From contig NC_068981.1 of NCBI RefSeq assembly GCF_001194135.2, positions 132,273,445-132,337,444 of the forward strand: 64,000 bases of DNA. Direction: 5' to 3'. This DNA comes from Octopus bimaculoides (lineage: Eukaryota). This document shows, in pieces, positions 52,541 through 63,438 of the stretch. Both the position numbers and the translations under genes were made by a program. Positions within the stretch are counted from its first letter, which is position 1. Each line of letters opens with the position of its first letter. The notes beneath the pieces were generated by a model, which was given only the letters and a program-made list of their open reading frames with translations, searched no databases and was not told where the DNA came from.

Positions 52541-54102
52541 GCATTGTTTTGTTAAATAAGGTAAGCCCTCTAACACTCTAATCCTGCAGTCAGTCTCATT
52601 GCAATTGATATTGCTGGCCAGCAGGAGAAGGCAGTACCATCATAGCTGCATTATAGGCTGCTGGGCAAATCAGTGCACTGGGCCCTATAGTATTTATTGA
52701 CAACAAACCACTGTATACATAGATTTGAATTCGTCTCCTAGACTCATGGAGCCACACTTGCAGTTGTTCAGTGTGTCTATGCCTCAAAATGGCATTGTGA
52801 GCAGGAGATACATTTTGCTGAGCAACCCTATCTCCACTACATATACATATTAAGGCTCACTTTAACCCGACACATGTAAGATTCTGAATCTGTTTGCAAT
52901 ATTTTAATTTCTTTTCTTCCCTTCATACAAAAATCTGTCATTCTTTTACGCTTCCATTTACTATTTAATCTGATACATTCCATTTCAGCTCCTCCACCAG
53001 TACCACCAATCAGGGAGAATAACTCTAATTACTCATCCAAAAGAAAATTTGAACCGAAAGTTAATTTACCAGTCTTGAACTGGCTCCCATTGAACAATGT
53101 TCGAAAAACAATTTTTGAAGTAAGTCCTTTGAAGAACATAAACCTCTTTCATCTTCTCATGTTCAATTATTATATTAGTTAGTTGATACACAGAACAGAT
53201 TGAATGATCTGAAAATTATAACATTGTTGTTATATGGAAATGAAAAATGGCTTTTAGCTACTTAAATTATTAAAAAATTACTATTTGTAAATCTCACAAT
53301 GAGAGATATTCAGTACTTTGGAGTAAAGATTGTTTGCCAACATAACATAGCAGTCCTGGTTTAGGATGAATGTTGCTGTAATTTAACCCCAGGAGACATC
53401 ATCTCCAGCCGGCTATATGACATGATTTATATAAATCCAGACCCTGTTCCACACACTTCTATACATAGATATTGTTTTGAGCTGAGTTGGGGTGCTAGAT
53501 TCCCTTGTTCGAAAATATAAGGACACAGGTCGTGTCATATAGCTAGCTGGAGACGATGTCTCCCAGAGCTAAATTACAGCAACATTCATCCTAAACCAGG
53601 ACTGCCATGTTATGTTGGCAAACAATCTTTACTTAGATTATATTTTAGTGTTTTAAATTATAAAAGGTAACTTGCAGGTGTGGCAGCATGGTGAGAAATT
53701 TGCTTCCTAATCACATGGTTCAGGTTTCAGTTCCACTATGTAGCAACTAGGGCAAGTGTCTTCTATTTTAGCCTCAGGCTGACCAATGCCTTGTGAGTAG
53801 ATTTAGAAGATGGAAACTGAAAGAAGCCTGTTGTGCATGTGTGTATGTGTAGACACAAGTGTGACTGTGTGGTAAGAAACTTCTTTCCCAACTNNNNNNN
53901 NNNNNNNNNNNNNNNNNNNNNNNNNNNNNNNNNNNNNNNNNNNNNNNNNNNNNNNNNNNNNNNNNNNNNNNNNNNNNNNNNNNNNNNNNNNNNNNNNNNN
54001 NNNNNNNNNNNNNNNNNNNNNNNNNNNNNNNNNNNNNNNNNNNNNNNNNNNNNNNNNNNNNNNNNNNNNNNNNNNNNNNNNNNNNNNNNNNNNNNNNNNN
54101 NN

Positions 54103-54133
<31 letters not shown>

Positions 54134-54799
54134 TTGTGTGCCTGTGTTTGTCCCCCTAGCATTGCTTGACAACCGATGCTGGTGTGTTTATGTCCCCATC
54201 ACATAGCAGTTTGGCAAAAGAGACCGATAGAATAAGTACTAGGCTTACAAAGAATAAGTCCCGGGGTTGATTTTCTCGACTAAAGGCAGTGCTCCAGCAT
54301 GGCCGCAGTCAAATGGCTGAAACAAGTAAAAGAGTAATAACCTGGCACCTGTATAGAAATATACTTCCTTCGTAAGTCTTTGGACTCTGAAGTTGGGTCA
54401 AGTGTCTCTATCTTCTCCATTTATATACTTTGCCATATGGTTTATTTTGGATGCAAAAAGATTTATCTTTAGCTATTTAGCTAGTTTATGCAAAAATGTG
54501 CCCAATCTGAGAAAAATAACACCTATCAATAAAGTTATCAAATATATTTAGCTCAGGAAATGGATAATGGATGGTAGGACAGAAGAAAGAGAAGACAGGT
54601 TTTCTGTGGAAGCTGAGTAATATTTTATGTATTGTTTCAGGAACTCAGTGACGATGTCATATACAAAGAAATTGATTTCTCTGATTTTGAAAGCAAATTC
54701 CAGATTTCTAATAATAATAACAATGCCTTCAACCGATCTTTTAAATGTGAGTATTACAAATTATTCTAGTTAACTTTTTCAATTTCAGTATAAGTTACT

Positions 54800-54840
<41 letters not shown>

Positions 54841-57800
54841 GGTATTATTATGGGTACACTGATGAGGTAAAGTGTATGATTTCATTTGTTCTACAACTAT
54901 TATGTAATTATTTCAGCATTTTGTTGAAACATGTGTATGTTTTCTGCTTATTATTATTATTTCTATTATATGCCTTAAGAAAGTTTGTATAACTGTTAAT
55001 GATAAATTTTCGGCTTTCAAATGGAAGGAAAGTTAAACCTTGGTTTGTCAACTTTGCCTTTCGTTCTTATGTAGTTCTTTAAATAAATCGATCCCAGTCA
55101 AGTATTGGGGTCGATTTAATATACCTATTAATCATCCTAGATACGAATGGTATTATTAATAGGAAATGAAGAATACTTTATTTGTGACTGATATATATAT
55201 AAACGTGACTACCATAACATTGCACAGGATCGTAAGTTATGTTAAGAAGGGGAAATAATTACAATTTAGTTGCGCATATAAAATTGTAATTGTGCCAAGG
55301 GAAATAACTCACATAACTATTTCAGAAGAATATCAAACATATTCAGATGTATATTTTAATAGCTTCTTTGTATTATACTATTTTACCCTTTTCTTCATTA
55401 GGACTTAATTTTTAAAATCAACTAATTAGTTTGAATTTCAAACAATATTCTTATTTACTTTTTCTTTTGGTAGTTTCAGTCAAATAGACTGAGGACATAC
55501 TGTACTAATTTTATTACTTCATGAAAACTGTTTTTATTTGTTTTAATAGCTGTTCGCAAATTGAAAAACAGACTGAAGGTGTTGGATAATCATCGTGCGA
55601 GAAATTTAGGTATGTTATTTTTGTATATTTTACATTAGTTTTACAATTTCAGTCTTTTGAAGACACAACTTATTAGATGCATATTTTGTTTGATAGCAGC
55701 TAAATACCCTCAAATAACATCATGCTATCTATTTTTTTAAAAGATAAAGAATTTAGTCCTACTGTGTGGCATCTTGGGTCAATATCCTCAACTATAGCCC
55801 TGCATGGAAGTCTGTCGTGTGTGTGTGTTACTGTCTCCTTGCTTTGACTTCGTATGGTAGTTGTAAATGAATGTCACCATCATGCAAGCATTTCTTTCAT
55901 TTCCAATCTTCTGTGTAAACATGCCAAATCAAATACTACCTTACTTGGAAACAGATGAGGGTTTGTGACAGGAAAGGTATCCGGCTGTTAAAAATCTACC
56001 TCGACAAATTCTGTCCAACCTATACAAGCATGGAAAAGTGGACATTAAAATGATGATGATGATGATGAATTCAATAGTAAGCAATTAAAAAAATACTAAT
56101 GTTTCTTTCATGTTGGTGATGTCAGATTGTATTGTGTGGATGTAGTTTGGCAGGCTGTTTTGAAATGTTCTTTAAATAAGATTTTTGATGTGAAATTGTG
56201 TGTTGAAACAGATTGTGAAGTCCATACATCAGTGGAATGTCATTAGCTACAGCTTGGAAATTGTTGGCCATGTGTTTCTTTAGTCCTCGAATGTTTGACC
56301 ACATCATCATGTGAGCATTGAGGATCTTTTCTCTCTCCTCATGCACTTGTGATGTTGTTTCTCTTATGCTGGAGATGTACGATTGCATTGCCTGGATGTA
56401 GTTTGGCAGGTTGTCTATCGATGTTCTGCTGGACTTGTCTGTGGGGAGTACACAACCTCTCTATTCTTCGTGCATTGTATGAGTTTATGCAGGCCACATG
56501 CGGATTCTTAAACAACAAAATATAGTGTTTTTCAACATGTTGCTATCCTGGTTGAGGCTCATGATTTGCAAGATTCTTGATGTGACATTTTCCTTTTGTG
56601 TATGTTTAACCTTTGCCTTTCTTCAACTCCTCTTTTACAGTTATAACTCAAAGAAAGATTGGTCATTCTGCCCATCAAATACGTGAATATATTGACAAAT
56701 ATGACACCAAAAGTCTCCATGGAGACTATGCGGAACTTCTATTAAAATATGTGCCTACCAAAGATGAAGTAAGCTTTATTGTATTTTTTTCCATATTTAT
56801 GCATTCTTAGCTTCAGTTATATAGTAATTTCTACTGAACACACCTATTGAGCTGACAAATGAACCTCCATGCTGGTCGGTCAACCAGCTAGAAATAGCAG
56901 TCAGATTTCCATCACATCACACTCTATTATTAAGAAAGAATGGATACATTGAGTACCGTAGTTCGAAATATATAAAAGATTTGATTGTTACAACTATAGC
57001 AAAAACAGCATACACTCACACATACACACCATGTATGTGTGAGGTAGAACACAATATTACAAGCACAGTAGGAGCTTTTGCTTTATTCTTTCATTGCAAT
57101 ATGGTCAGAAGTTTCAACTTGCATCACTACAAAAGAAATATGATCAGTTCTATCTATATATATATTTGTTTGAGAATAGTACAGTTGAAAGGTATTAAAA
57201 CAATGTCACTTTGTATTTTACTGAAACTAAGACAGTAAAATGTACAAAAAATAGTGGCTGTTATTGTTATGTAAACTGATTATAAGGAGAAATACATTGT
57301 TATTTTTGCAATACACTACTAAATACATGAAATAAATCATTGCTCGTGTTTATGGAGGAACTGTGACAATATTTTTGACGACCAAGTGAGGGCTTTTATC
57401 ATTGTTATACATTTTATATGGTCTTCGTGCTTATTGTACTTATCAGTTATTATTTTACTTCTTCCTTTTCAGGCAAAGATTCTTTCCAGATATTCCAAAG
57501 ACTATTTCACTTTGGACATGTCAGAACAGCTTATGTATCAGGTAGGTTTCAATTTTATCAATATAATAAAAAAAATGTACATGATAAGTAACTTGTTTGT
57601 TGATGAATAATTAATTAAAAACTGATCTCAGTAATATTGTGTCAAAGAAATATGACTTTCTGTATGTAACAAAATGATTATCACCATCTAAGGACCATTT
57701 TAATGCTTGTAAAATTATCATTACGAAGGCAAAGGATGCCATTGTGTATAACAGGCTCTCTTGTTTCACTTAAAACTGTCTCTTACTTCCCATATTGTAG

Positions 57801-60800
57801 TCAGGCTTCTTGATTCCTCAGCCACAGGATCAATATTAACCATGTAGAATCCTTCTTCCGGCCATTCTTCAACCAACATAACTCTGAAAACAACAAACCT
57901 GCTCTTAAAGCTACCATATTTGTTGCTCATATGCAACAAGCCATTCTCAAAGTTCTCTTTTTTATCTTCACTCTTGCTTTTAATTAACAAGTGTGAAAGT
58001 TCCTTGGATCACTTCAGCCCAACATAGTACTCAGGCCTGATGGTATTCCTATTAAATTTCTGTAGAAGTATATCTCAGAGCTATCTCCAATCTTATGATC
58101 GAAGAACTTGCAGAAAGTGGTGAGCTGGTTATGGGCATCTACTCTAAATGTATTGAAACATAAGACTGTGTTTTTTTTTATTTTTACCAATAACACCAAG
58201 ACTCAATAATTCCATATATCAAAGAAATATTGTCTGCAGCATAACACCTTCATTACTCATGATAAAGATTAAACTAAAACCCTCATACTTTACGTAAGAC
58301 CTTACAATCTTTAGCAATTTTTTTTCATTATAACTGCACGTCAATGATATCAGTCAAAACTATACTTCAAAAGCTAAGTTTCATATTCATGGCAAGAAAA
58401 TGCTTCAGCTTTGAACAGTTCCTGATATTTGACAAAGAGTACTATTTACATATCATACATTCAAGATGGGTTATCTGTTACATTACACTCAAACAATTTA
58501 GATGACATCAAGAAAAAAAAAAGATTATCCAATAAATTAGCAAACCACTTGATGACTGACTGACCATCTCTTGTACTATTACTATAATGGTTCCTACTTC
58601 CTCAAATGAAGAAACTATGTACTATCAAAACCCAGTCAGTACAGTCATCTCTTACCTTCTTTTAAAAACAAAAATGAGTCTAATACTGCACACCCCTTAC
58701 TAGACAATTTGCCCAGTGCTGTAACTGCTAACCTCTAGAACTATCTTCCTACCAATTCTAGAAGGATTGGTATTCAGGTCAAGTTAAACATGGTGCTAAC
58801 CTCAAAGTACCATTGTCACCAGTCTGTAGAGGCCTGTAAAGAATACAAACACTACTCTTTTCCTTGAGCTAAATAATTTGTAAAACATGGTTTATCTATA
58901 CTTTGCTAAAGTAAAGTTTCTAAACTCATAATAACCTTAAATGACATTTTTTACTCAAAATGCTTATCACAGTAATACTGTAAATATTACAAAATGTATT
59001 TATATTTTGCAAACACACACGGAATATGTATATTTACATGTTTAATTTACCTAATATCCTTGTATTGGAAATATTTTGCATATTGAAACAAAATTTTACA
59101 TCAAATAATGTAAAGATAAGCCTTTAACTTGTTTCAGTCATTGAACTGTGGCCATGCTGAAGCACCACCATAAAGGCTGTAGTCAAACAAATTGCACCCA
59201 GTACTTATTCTTTTAAGTCTGGAACTTATTCTATCTGTCTCTCTTGCTGAATTACTAAGTTATGGGAATGTAAACATCCCTACACCTGTTGTCAAGTGGT
59301 GGTGGTAGTGGGGACACATACACACACACACATATGTACGATGGGCTTCTTTAAGTTTTTAAAGTCTGGCACTTAATCTATCAGTCTCTTTTGCCAAACC
59401 TCTAAGTTACAGGTATGTAATGAAACCAACACCAGTTGCCAAATAGCAATGAGCAATAACCACTAACATAGAGACACCCCCCACCCCACCCCACCCCACC
59501 CCCACACAAGATGGGCTTCTTTCAGTTTCTGTTGACGAACTCCAGCCTGACACTATAGTAGAAGACATTTGCCCAAGGTGCCATGAACCCATAATCATAT
59601 GGTTGGGAAGCAAATTTCTTACCACACAGCCATGCCTGTGCCTATGTTTCGTGTAAAATGTAAATTTTTTATAAAATTTCCTATAAATTCAACAGTTACC
59701 CTAATTATAATTGATTTTGTTTTAAATATCTTAACTAATTGTTTTCTTGCAGTTGTCTCACATTGATAGAGTAGAGAACAAATTGAAAGTGATGACTTTC
59801 ATGGGACAGTACCCAGATATTGTCAACAACCTGAAACCAGTAAGTAACTGCCTTAATATTAAATGTAAAATCTTAATTGTTGAAAATGTGTAAAATAATC
59901 TATACATTTGACACATTCTGACTTCATTTGCATCTTCTTTGTTATTTCTATATTTCAAATTTGAACTTCTAATTCCACTAAAAATTATGATAATATTATT
60001 TTATCCCTTGTACAAACTATCTGCTAGGGCAGATGGCTGTCAACTACTAGGCTGTAGATCAGACAAGGATCATTTGGTACCAGACCGCATAGAAAGAATA
60101 AACTTTAAAATTTTATTTCTATTTTAGTGACTATTGCATTCTGCAGTGTGATTTTGCAATTTATATGTATTATATATGTAATATATATGCATTATATATG
60201 TAATAATTAAATTATATATTATGCACTTTATTGTGTTTAATTATGTTCATGATCCCTGATCTGTGGAGAAATTGTCTTGCATAAACCGAGTCTGTGGAGT
60301 ACAAAAAGGATTGGGAACCACTGTACTTGGGGACTCCTCAGTAGTCATTAAGTTTTCTGTTAATCATATACAGACCAATAACATTACAAGAAATATTAAG
60401 TAATAATCATGTAATGTACTAAATGAATTTTTCAGCTTATTTTCTTATTCAAACTGAGCAAATTCAATCTCATTAAACTGTCAAGTATTAAGATGATACC
60501 CTATTCAAATATTTCATTATATGTGTACCATCTTTAGAATATGATAAATTTATGATATAGTGCATATAACAGTCACTTCTAAGAGCCTTAGGTACTAAAG
60601 AATTAACTCTTTAGCATTCAGATTACTCTGTCAAATGTAATACCTATTTATTCACATTGTTTTGAATTAATCATGCATTATCTTGTAACTTCGAGATTTC
60701 AATAATGTGACTGATTATTTTTACAATGACATTACAGAGTAGGTTTGAGAGGCTGGGTCTTGTTGGTCTTGAATATAAAACAGGTAGAATATTTGGGCCT

Positions 60801-63428
60801 GATATGCATGGTTAAGATGCTAGAGTTAAATATGGATTAATGAGCCAAAAAGTAATGTAAGCTTAGAATTAACAAAAACTAATGTAAACTTAGAATGTCC
60901 TTGCAGTAACAAATTGAAAAAAATATTCTGTTTGATTTGAATCCACTCTAAAGTCCAGTTTCTTTTGTATATTGAAACCCAGATGCAATATAGTGAAACA
61001 TGGCACAATATTATGAAAACTGCATGCTTTTTTGTTTTTTTTTTCAGCAAATTACTAAAATCACTGAATGTTCAAAATCTCTAGCAGATAATGCAAAACT
61101 GAAGAAAATTTTTGAGGTATTTAAGTTTTTTTTTTTTTTGCTTTTTTTATGGGCATCCCATTCCCTCTCTGACACACCAACATGCCAGTCTTGTCTCTCT
61201 GTAGCTTGAGTCCCAGTGCAGCTCCTCCTTCCATTGCCTCCGGTGGTTTGGCAGTTAGCCTGAAATTCTTCAGGTGGCTTATGACCACCTTTGCCGACAG
61301 CCAAAATAGCTTGTCATGTGAAGGACAAAAAGACAGAAGCAGAGAAAGAATTACAGTAGTCTATCTGGAAGGGTCACTTACAATGTCCACGTGCTCTGTC
61401 TGCCACCGTACTGTCTATCTACGTGGAAGGAGTCGCTTACAACGTTCATGTGCTCTGTCTGCTCTCATACCCTGTCCACTGCCAACTGACTGCTCATGCC
61501 TCGCCGACCCCGCATGCTCACCGTGGCCCTTCCAATGGGACCCACAGGCCCCACTTCCAACAGGACATGCGTACTCCCTCATTTCTGGTCCTTCCCTACA
61601 ACACACCCTGGCTCATAACACCACAGTTATTACAAAAATTCTGGTTTCACACACAAAATTTTTGTAATAACTTAGTGTGAATGATACACCATTTGTCCAA
61701 TTTTGGTAAGGTTTTTTGTTCTTTCATGTATGCATAAATATGTATGTTAGTTTATGCATTTATTCATAATGTACTTAGTATTTTAGGAGTTTAAATCTTT
61801 GTTTTTGAGTATTCAATTTACCTAATGTTGTCCAAACAGGACCACTGTCTTTTGAATTAACCAATCAGTTGATTTTTATAATTATCATTATGCATTAGTT
61901 TCTTAAAAAAGAGCTTATTTTATCACCAAAGTAGATACCTTTCTGCTTGTTTTGATTTAAAAAAAAAATAATCATTTTACTTATATTCTCATAACTTATT
62001 ATTTGTTGAAAAGTTTATAATATTGTTCTTTTCCATAAATAGATTATTTTGGCATTCGGTAACTACATGAACAGTTCCAAGAGAGGTTGTATTAATGGTT
62101 TTAAACTGGAATCATTAACAAAAGTAAGTTGAAAGATGTTTTTCCAGTCCTTTTTCTTTCCTCGGGAATTCAGGTGTAAGAGAAATTTGTACCAGTCAAA
62201 GATTGTGTTATGATAGGTGTCATATAGCTTGTTTGAAAGAAAGTTAAGTTTATTTCATTTCTGGCTAACAGTTTACGTAGTGTGTGTGTGTGTGTGTGTG
62301 TTTTATCTGCAGTGCCTTTGATATTTTTAATAAAGTTATTCCTTTGTTTTGCAGTTGTGTCAGATAAAATCCAAGGACAACAATCAAACTCTCCTGGAAT
62401 ATCTTGTTGATATCATTTGTTGCTATTATCCAACATTAATATTCTGGTATGATGATATTGACTTGCACATAAAGAGATCAGGTGAGCTTTATATGTTCTG
62501 ATTAAAAAGATGATAAATATTTTAGGGAATAAATATTAAGACCTGAGAGCTTTGATGAATTTTTGTATATGATTATTTTTATAAGAGTTTAATAAAATAG
62601 AAGTAGCACAGATAGTGATTTCAAATTTTGGCACAAGGCCGGTAATTTTTAGTTGAGGGGTAAGTCGATTACATCAACCACGGTGTTCAACTCGTGCTTA
62701 TTTTATCGACCCTGAAAGGGTGAAAGGCAAAGTGGGCCTCTGCGGAATTTGAACACAGATATTATGAGACGAATCAGCTACTGTAAAATGATACCAGACA
62801 TTATAAAAGTTGTAAGAAATTAAATGAAGTTCAGTGTCCCAAACACACATACAAAATTGCACATTAATAACCTTTGTGCTGCATCTATCTTTATTTTATG
62901 TTGTAAACGTTACGGTTTTGAAGGGATATAACTTCGTCTTTATCTCGATTGTTACTATTATTTGTTGAAATCAAGACAGGCAGATGATAGTACAAGAGTA
63001 ATGAACAGGGAAGATGTAATATGTGTTAACTGGGTGGGAGCCAACTGTTATAGAAAAGAGAAAGTAAAACAATGAAGAAATACTGGAAATTCTAGATTTC
63101 TGGAAGCTGGATAAGAGGTCCAGTACTATATATTATGTTTACAAAATGATTATAAAATAAAAGTAAATACTATGGTCTAGATTTATGATAGTAAGACACA
63201 TTCTACCACGAGGCAATTGTTTTAGATCCAACACACATTTTCAGGTCAGATCACTTGGCAAATAAATGCACCTAAAAAAAAACATTTAATGTTTTTATAT
63301 ATTTTTTTCTTTTATATATTTCAGCTTCATATCAATCCATTGCTGTAGATATATTTACCTTGAGAAAAGGAATCGATCTGATGAAGTTTGAGAGGGAGAA
63401 AAATACATCTATCAATGAAACGCTTGAA
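23842..63428 (+). CDS. FMNL: Spliced gene model: divergent formin-like (FMNL/FRL subfamily) protein, 24 coding exons, 925 aa in window, 3'-incomplete
   Basis: All junctions are AG/GT with matching phases and no in-frame stop. The translation has FMNL-like motifs: DDEHDCLLCLKYML, VACLKFVNSML..NHRVFLQHQL, LPVLNWLPL..TIFE, RARNLVITQRK, IILAFGNYMNSSKRG..GFKLESL, IKSKD..QTLLEYLV. The subfamily was assigned from recalled motifs, not a search. Confidence 0.9.
29476..29517 (-). ncRNA. Minimal hammerhead-like motif, degenerate
   Basis: The minus strand reads acta-CTGATGA-GCCTAcaactgaTAGCT-GAA-ACTAGT-C-aagt; core intact, helices I and II imperfect. Confidence 0.45.
30761..31284 (+). CDS. FMNL: Exon 2, Ser/Asp-rich low-complexity N-terminus with a polybasic segment
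   Basis: ttttag acceptor, 524 nt open frame (ORF 30832-31332), GTG|gtaagt donor. Confidence 0.85.
31305..31670 (-). mobile_element. SINE family A inserted about 20 bp downstream of the exon 2 donor
   Basis: Matches the family; related copies at about 29025-29660, 37420-37710, 38480-38840, 46645-47100, 53675-54335 and 59120-59645. Confidence 0.8.
31729..31782 (+). CDS. FMNL: Exon 3, DTLSQLDNGGSNSDNEQK
   Basis: tttcag acceptor, AAG|gtaatt donor, 54 nt, phase 0-0. Confidence 0.8.
32478..32680 (+). CDS. FMNL: Exon 4, GBD/DID region (…LQKLKGDLRIAEE)
   Basis: cttag acceptor, AA|gtaagt donor, ORF 32478-32684. Confidence 0.88.
33564..33717 (+). CDS. FMNL: Exon 5, FVLEYINKPNRGMILMVHLLQ…
   Basis: ttttgcag acceptor, CTG|gtatgt donor; resembles the FMNL WVREFL..ENKGLDVLVEYL segment. 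Confidence 0.88.
39107..39157 (+). CDS. FMNL: Exon 6, DDEHDCLLCLKYMLRFK
   Basis: tttcag acceptor, AAA|gtaagt donor; resembles the FMNL DDVHVCIMCLRAIMN segment. Confidence 0.9.
40020..40465 (+). mobile_element. Solo LTR (Gypsy-like), 446 bp
   Basis: TGTA…TACA termini, 4-bp TSD AGTT (40016-19 and 40466-69), AATAAA near 40355, locally GC/CpG-rich. Confidence 0.75.
40705..40803 (+). CDS. FMNL: Exon 7, TAIHKFLDIRHSLETVSHSLINGISKTKLAALQ
   Basis: ttatag acceptor, CAG|gtaaaa donor, 99 nt. Confidence 0.88.
41812..42063 (-). mobile_element. tRNA-derived SINE family 'F' with a CORE-like central domain
   Basis: Minus-strand tRNA head plus gttgtgttcttgagcaaaacatttcatttcacgttgctccagtccactcagctgg; copies at about 5060-5170, 41380-41545, 45585-45900 and 46255-46570. 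Confidence 0.75.
42305..42454 (+). CDS. FMNL: Exon 8, FH3 (IFTICLTEVNG…EPMRFKLLM…)
   Basis: ttacag acceptor, CAG|gtgcgt donor, 150 nt. Confidence 0.9.
43658..43774 (+). CDS. FMNL: Exon 9, FH3 (VACLKFVNSMLNATSTLNHRVFLQHQLLAAGLDIDFLEK)
   Basis: catag acceptor, AAG|gtatgt donor, 117 nt. Confidence 0.92.
44724..44937. mobile_element. hAT-like MITE, decayed
   Basis: ctgtgtttctcaacc … ggaccccagttgaaaaccat ends; related end at 28470-28495. Confidence 0.5.
45247..45387 (+). CDS. FMNL: Exon 10, dimerisation/coiled-coil start
   Basis: attag acceptor, GAG|gtaaga donor, 141 nt. Confidence 0.85.
47396..47476 (+). ncRNA. Type I hammerhead-like motif with extended helix II
   Basis: GGCT-CTGATGA-A-GCTaTAAGGTG…CATCTTAcAGC-A-GAA-AC ggct GT-A-AGCT; intact CUGAUGA and GAAAC core, GUA site. 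Confidence 0.6.
47714..47740 (+). CDS. FMNL: Exon 11, 27-nt microexon VDILQAKMK
   Basis: Long T tract plus ttacag acceptor, AAA|gtaagt donor. Confidence 0.8.
48337..48381 (+). CDS. FMNL: Exon 12, NIQNDFESSKSHLTE
   Basis: tttcag acceptor, GAG|gtaagc donor, 45 nt. Confidence 0.8.
48963..49021 (-). ncRNA. Type I hammerhead-like motif
   Basis: The minus strand reads ATCATA-CCGATGA-A-GGA..TGAG/CTCA..TCC-A-GAA-ACGCGT-C-TATGAT; 6-bp helix I, palindromic helix III, U4 replaced by C. Confidence 0.6.
49680..50330 (+). mobile_element. 3' end of an RTE-like LINE with three C2H2 zinc fingers, inactivated
   Basis: GVKAFEEAR…CTVC..HLRTH, CSVC..HFKIL*, CNLC..HIRYH in one frame with one stop (50156-58); short 3' UTR followed by (AT)n. 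Confidence 0.7.
50620..50688 (+). CDS. FMNL: Exon 13, coiled coil ASKKSKDYQERVFELQEKMETLM
   Basis: tttttag acceptor, ATG|gtgagc donor, 69 nt. Confidence 0.83.
51609..51753 (+). CDS. FMNL: Exon 14, linker
   Basis: cttag acceptor, G|gtaatt donor, 145 nt, ends in phase 1. Confidence 0.83.
52989..53119 (+). CDS. FMNL: Exon 15, vestigial FH1 (APPPVPP) plus FH2 lasso (LPVLNWLPL…TIFE)
   Basis: tttcag acceptor, GAA|gtaagt donor. Confidence 0.92.
53322..53633. mobile_element. MITE with about 105-bp terminal inverted repeats
   Basis: agtaaagattgtttgccaacataacat…gctatatgaca is mirrored at the right end with few mismatches. Confidence 0.85.
54641..54746 (+). CDS. FMNL: Exon 16, FH2 (ELSDDVIYKEIDFSDFESKF…)
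   Basis: tttcag acceptor, T|gtgagt donor. Confidence 0.9.
55550..55609 (+). CDS. FMNL: Exon 17, FH2 (…LKVLDNHRARNL)
   Basis: taatag acceptor, G|gtatgt donor. Confidence 0.9.
56110..56520 (-). mobile_element. Penelope-like element RT N-terminal fragment, decayed, with an internal ~55-bp direct repeat
   Basis: Minus frame CVLPTDKSSRTSIDNLPNYIQAMQSYI…EKILNAH…IPLMYGL resembles the PLE xDKG and P.YGL motifs. Confidence 0.5.
56641..56768 (+). CDS. FMNL: Exon 18, FH2 (VITQRKIG…LLLKYVPTKDE)
   Basis: ttacag acceptor, GAA|gtaagc donor. Confidence 0.92.
57473..57541 (+). CDS. FMNL: Exon 19, FH2
   Basis: tttcag acceptor, CAG|gtaggt donor, 69 nt. Confidence 0.9.
57720..58900 (+). mobile_element. Decayed CR1/L2-like LINE RT region
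   Basis: GPDGIPIKFL*KYISELSPIL and LQKLSF-IHGKKML remnants with many disruptions. Confidence 0.5.
59753..59839 (+). CDS. FMNL: Exon 20, FH2 (LSHIDRVENKLKVMTFMG…)
   Basis: ttgcag acceptor, CCA|gtaagt donor, 87 nt. Confidence 0.9.
61048..61116 (+). CDS. FMNL: Exon 21, FH2 (…SKSLADNAKLKKIFE)
   Basis: ttttcag acceptor, GAG|gtattt donor, 69 nt. Confidence 0.9.
62043..62123 (+). CDS. FMNL: Exon 22, FH2 post (IILAFGNYMNSSKRGCINGFKLESLTK)
   Basis: aatag acceptor, AAA|gtaagt donor; GNYMN signature. Confidence 0.95.
62355..62481 (+). CDS. FMNL: Exon 23, FH2 (LCQIKSKDNNQTLLEYLV…)
   Basis: ttgcag acceptor, G|gtgagc donor. Confidence 0.92.
63325..63428 (+). CDS. FMNL: Exon 24, FH2 (ASYQSIAVDIFTLRKGIDLMKFEREKNTSINETLE)
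   Basis: tttcag acceptor; 3' end set at the U12-type donor GAA|ATATCCTTTT. Confidence 0.8.
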
Positions 63429-63438
63429 ATATCCTTTT
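63429..63438 (+). other. U12-type (minor spliceosome) AT-AC intron 5' splice site
   Basis: ATATCCTTTT matches the U12 donor consensus RTATCCTTT in phase 0. No good GT donor is seen before the in-frame stop, and formin similarity ends here. Confidence 0.75.

Noticed and set aside
853-54992. Many ORF-track entries rich in YI, HT, CV or X runs
   Set aside because: They are translations of (AT)n, (AC)n or (ACAT)n microsatellites and N gaps, not genes
61182-61680. Overlapping 161, 85 and 63 aa ORFs
   Set aside because: No recognisable motifs; consistent with stop-codon scarcity in a GC-rich intronic insert
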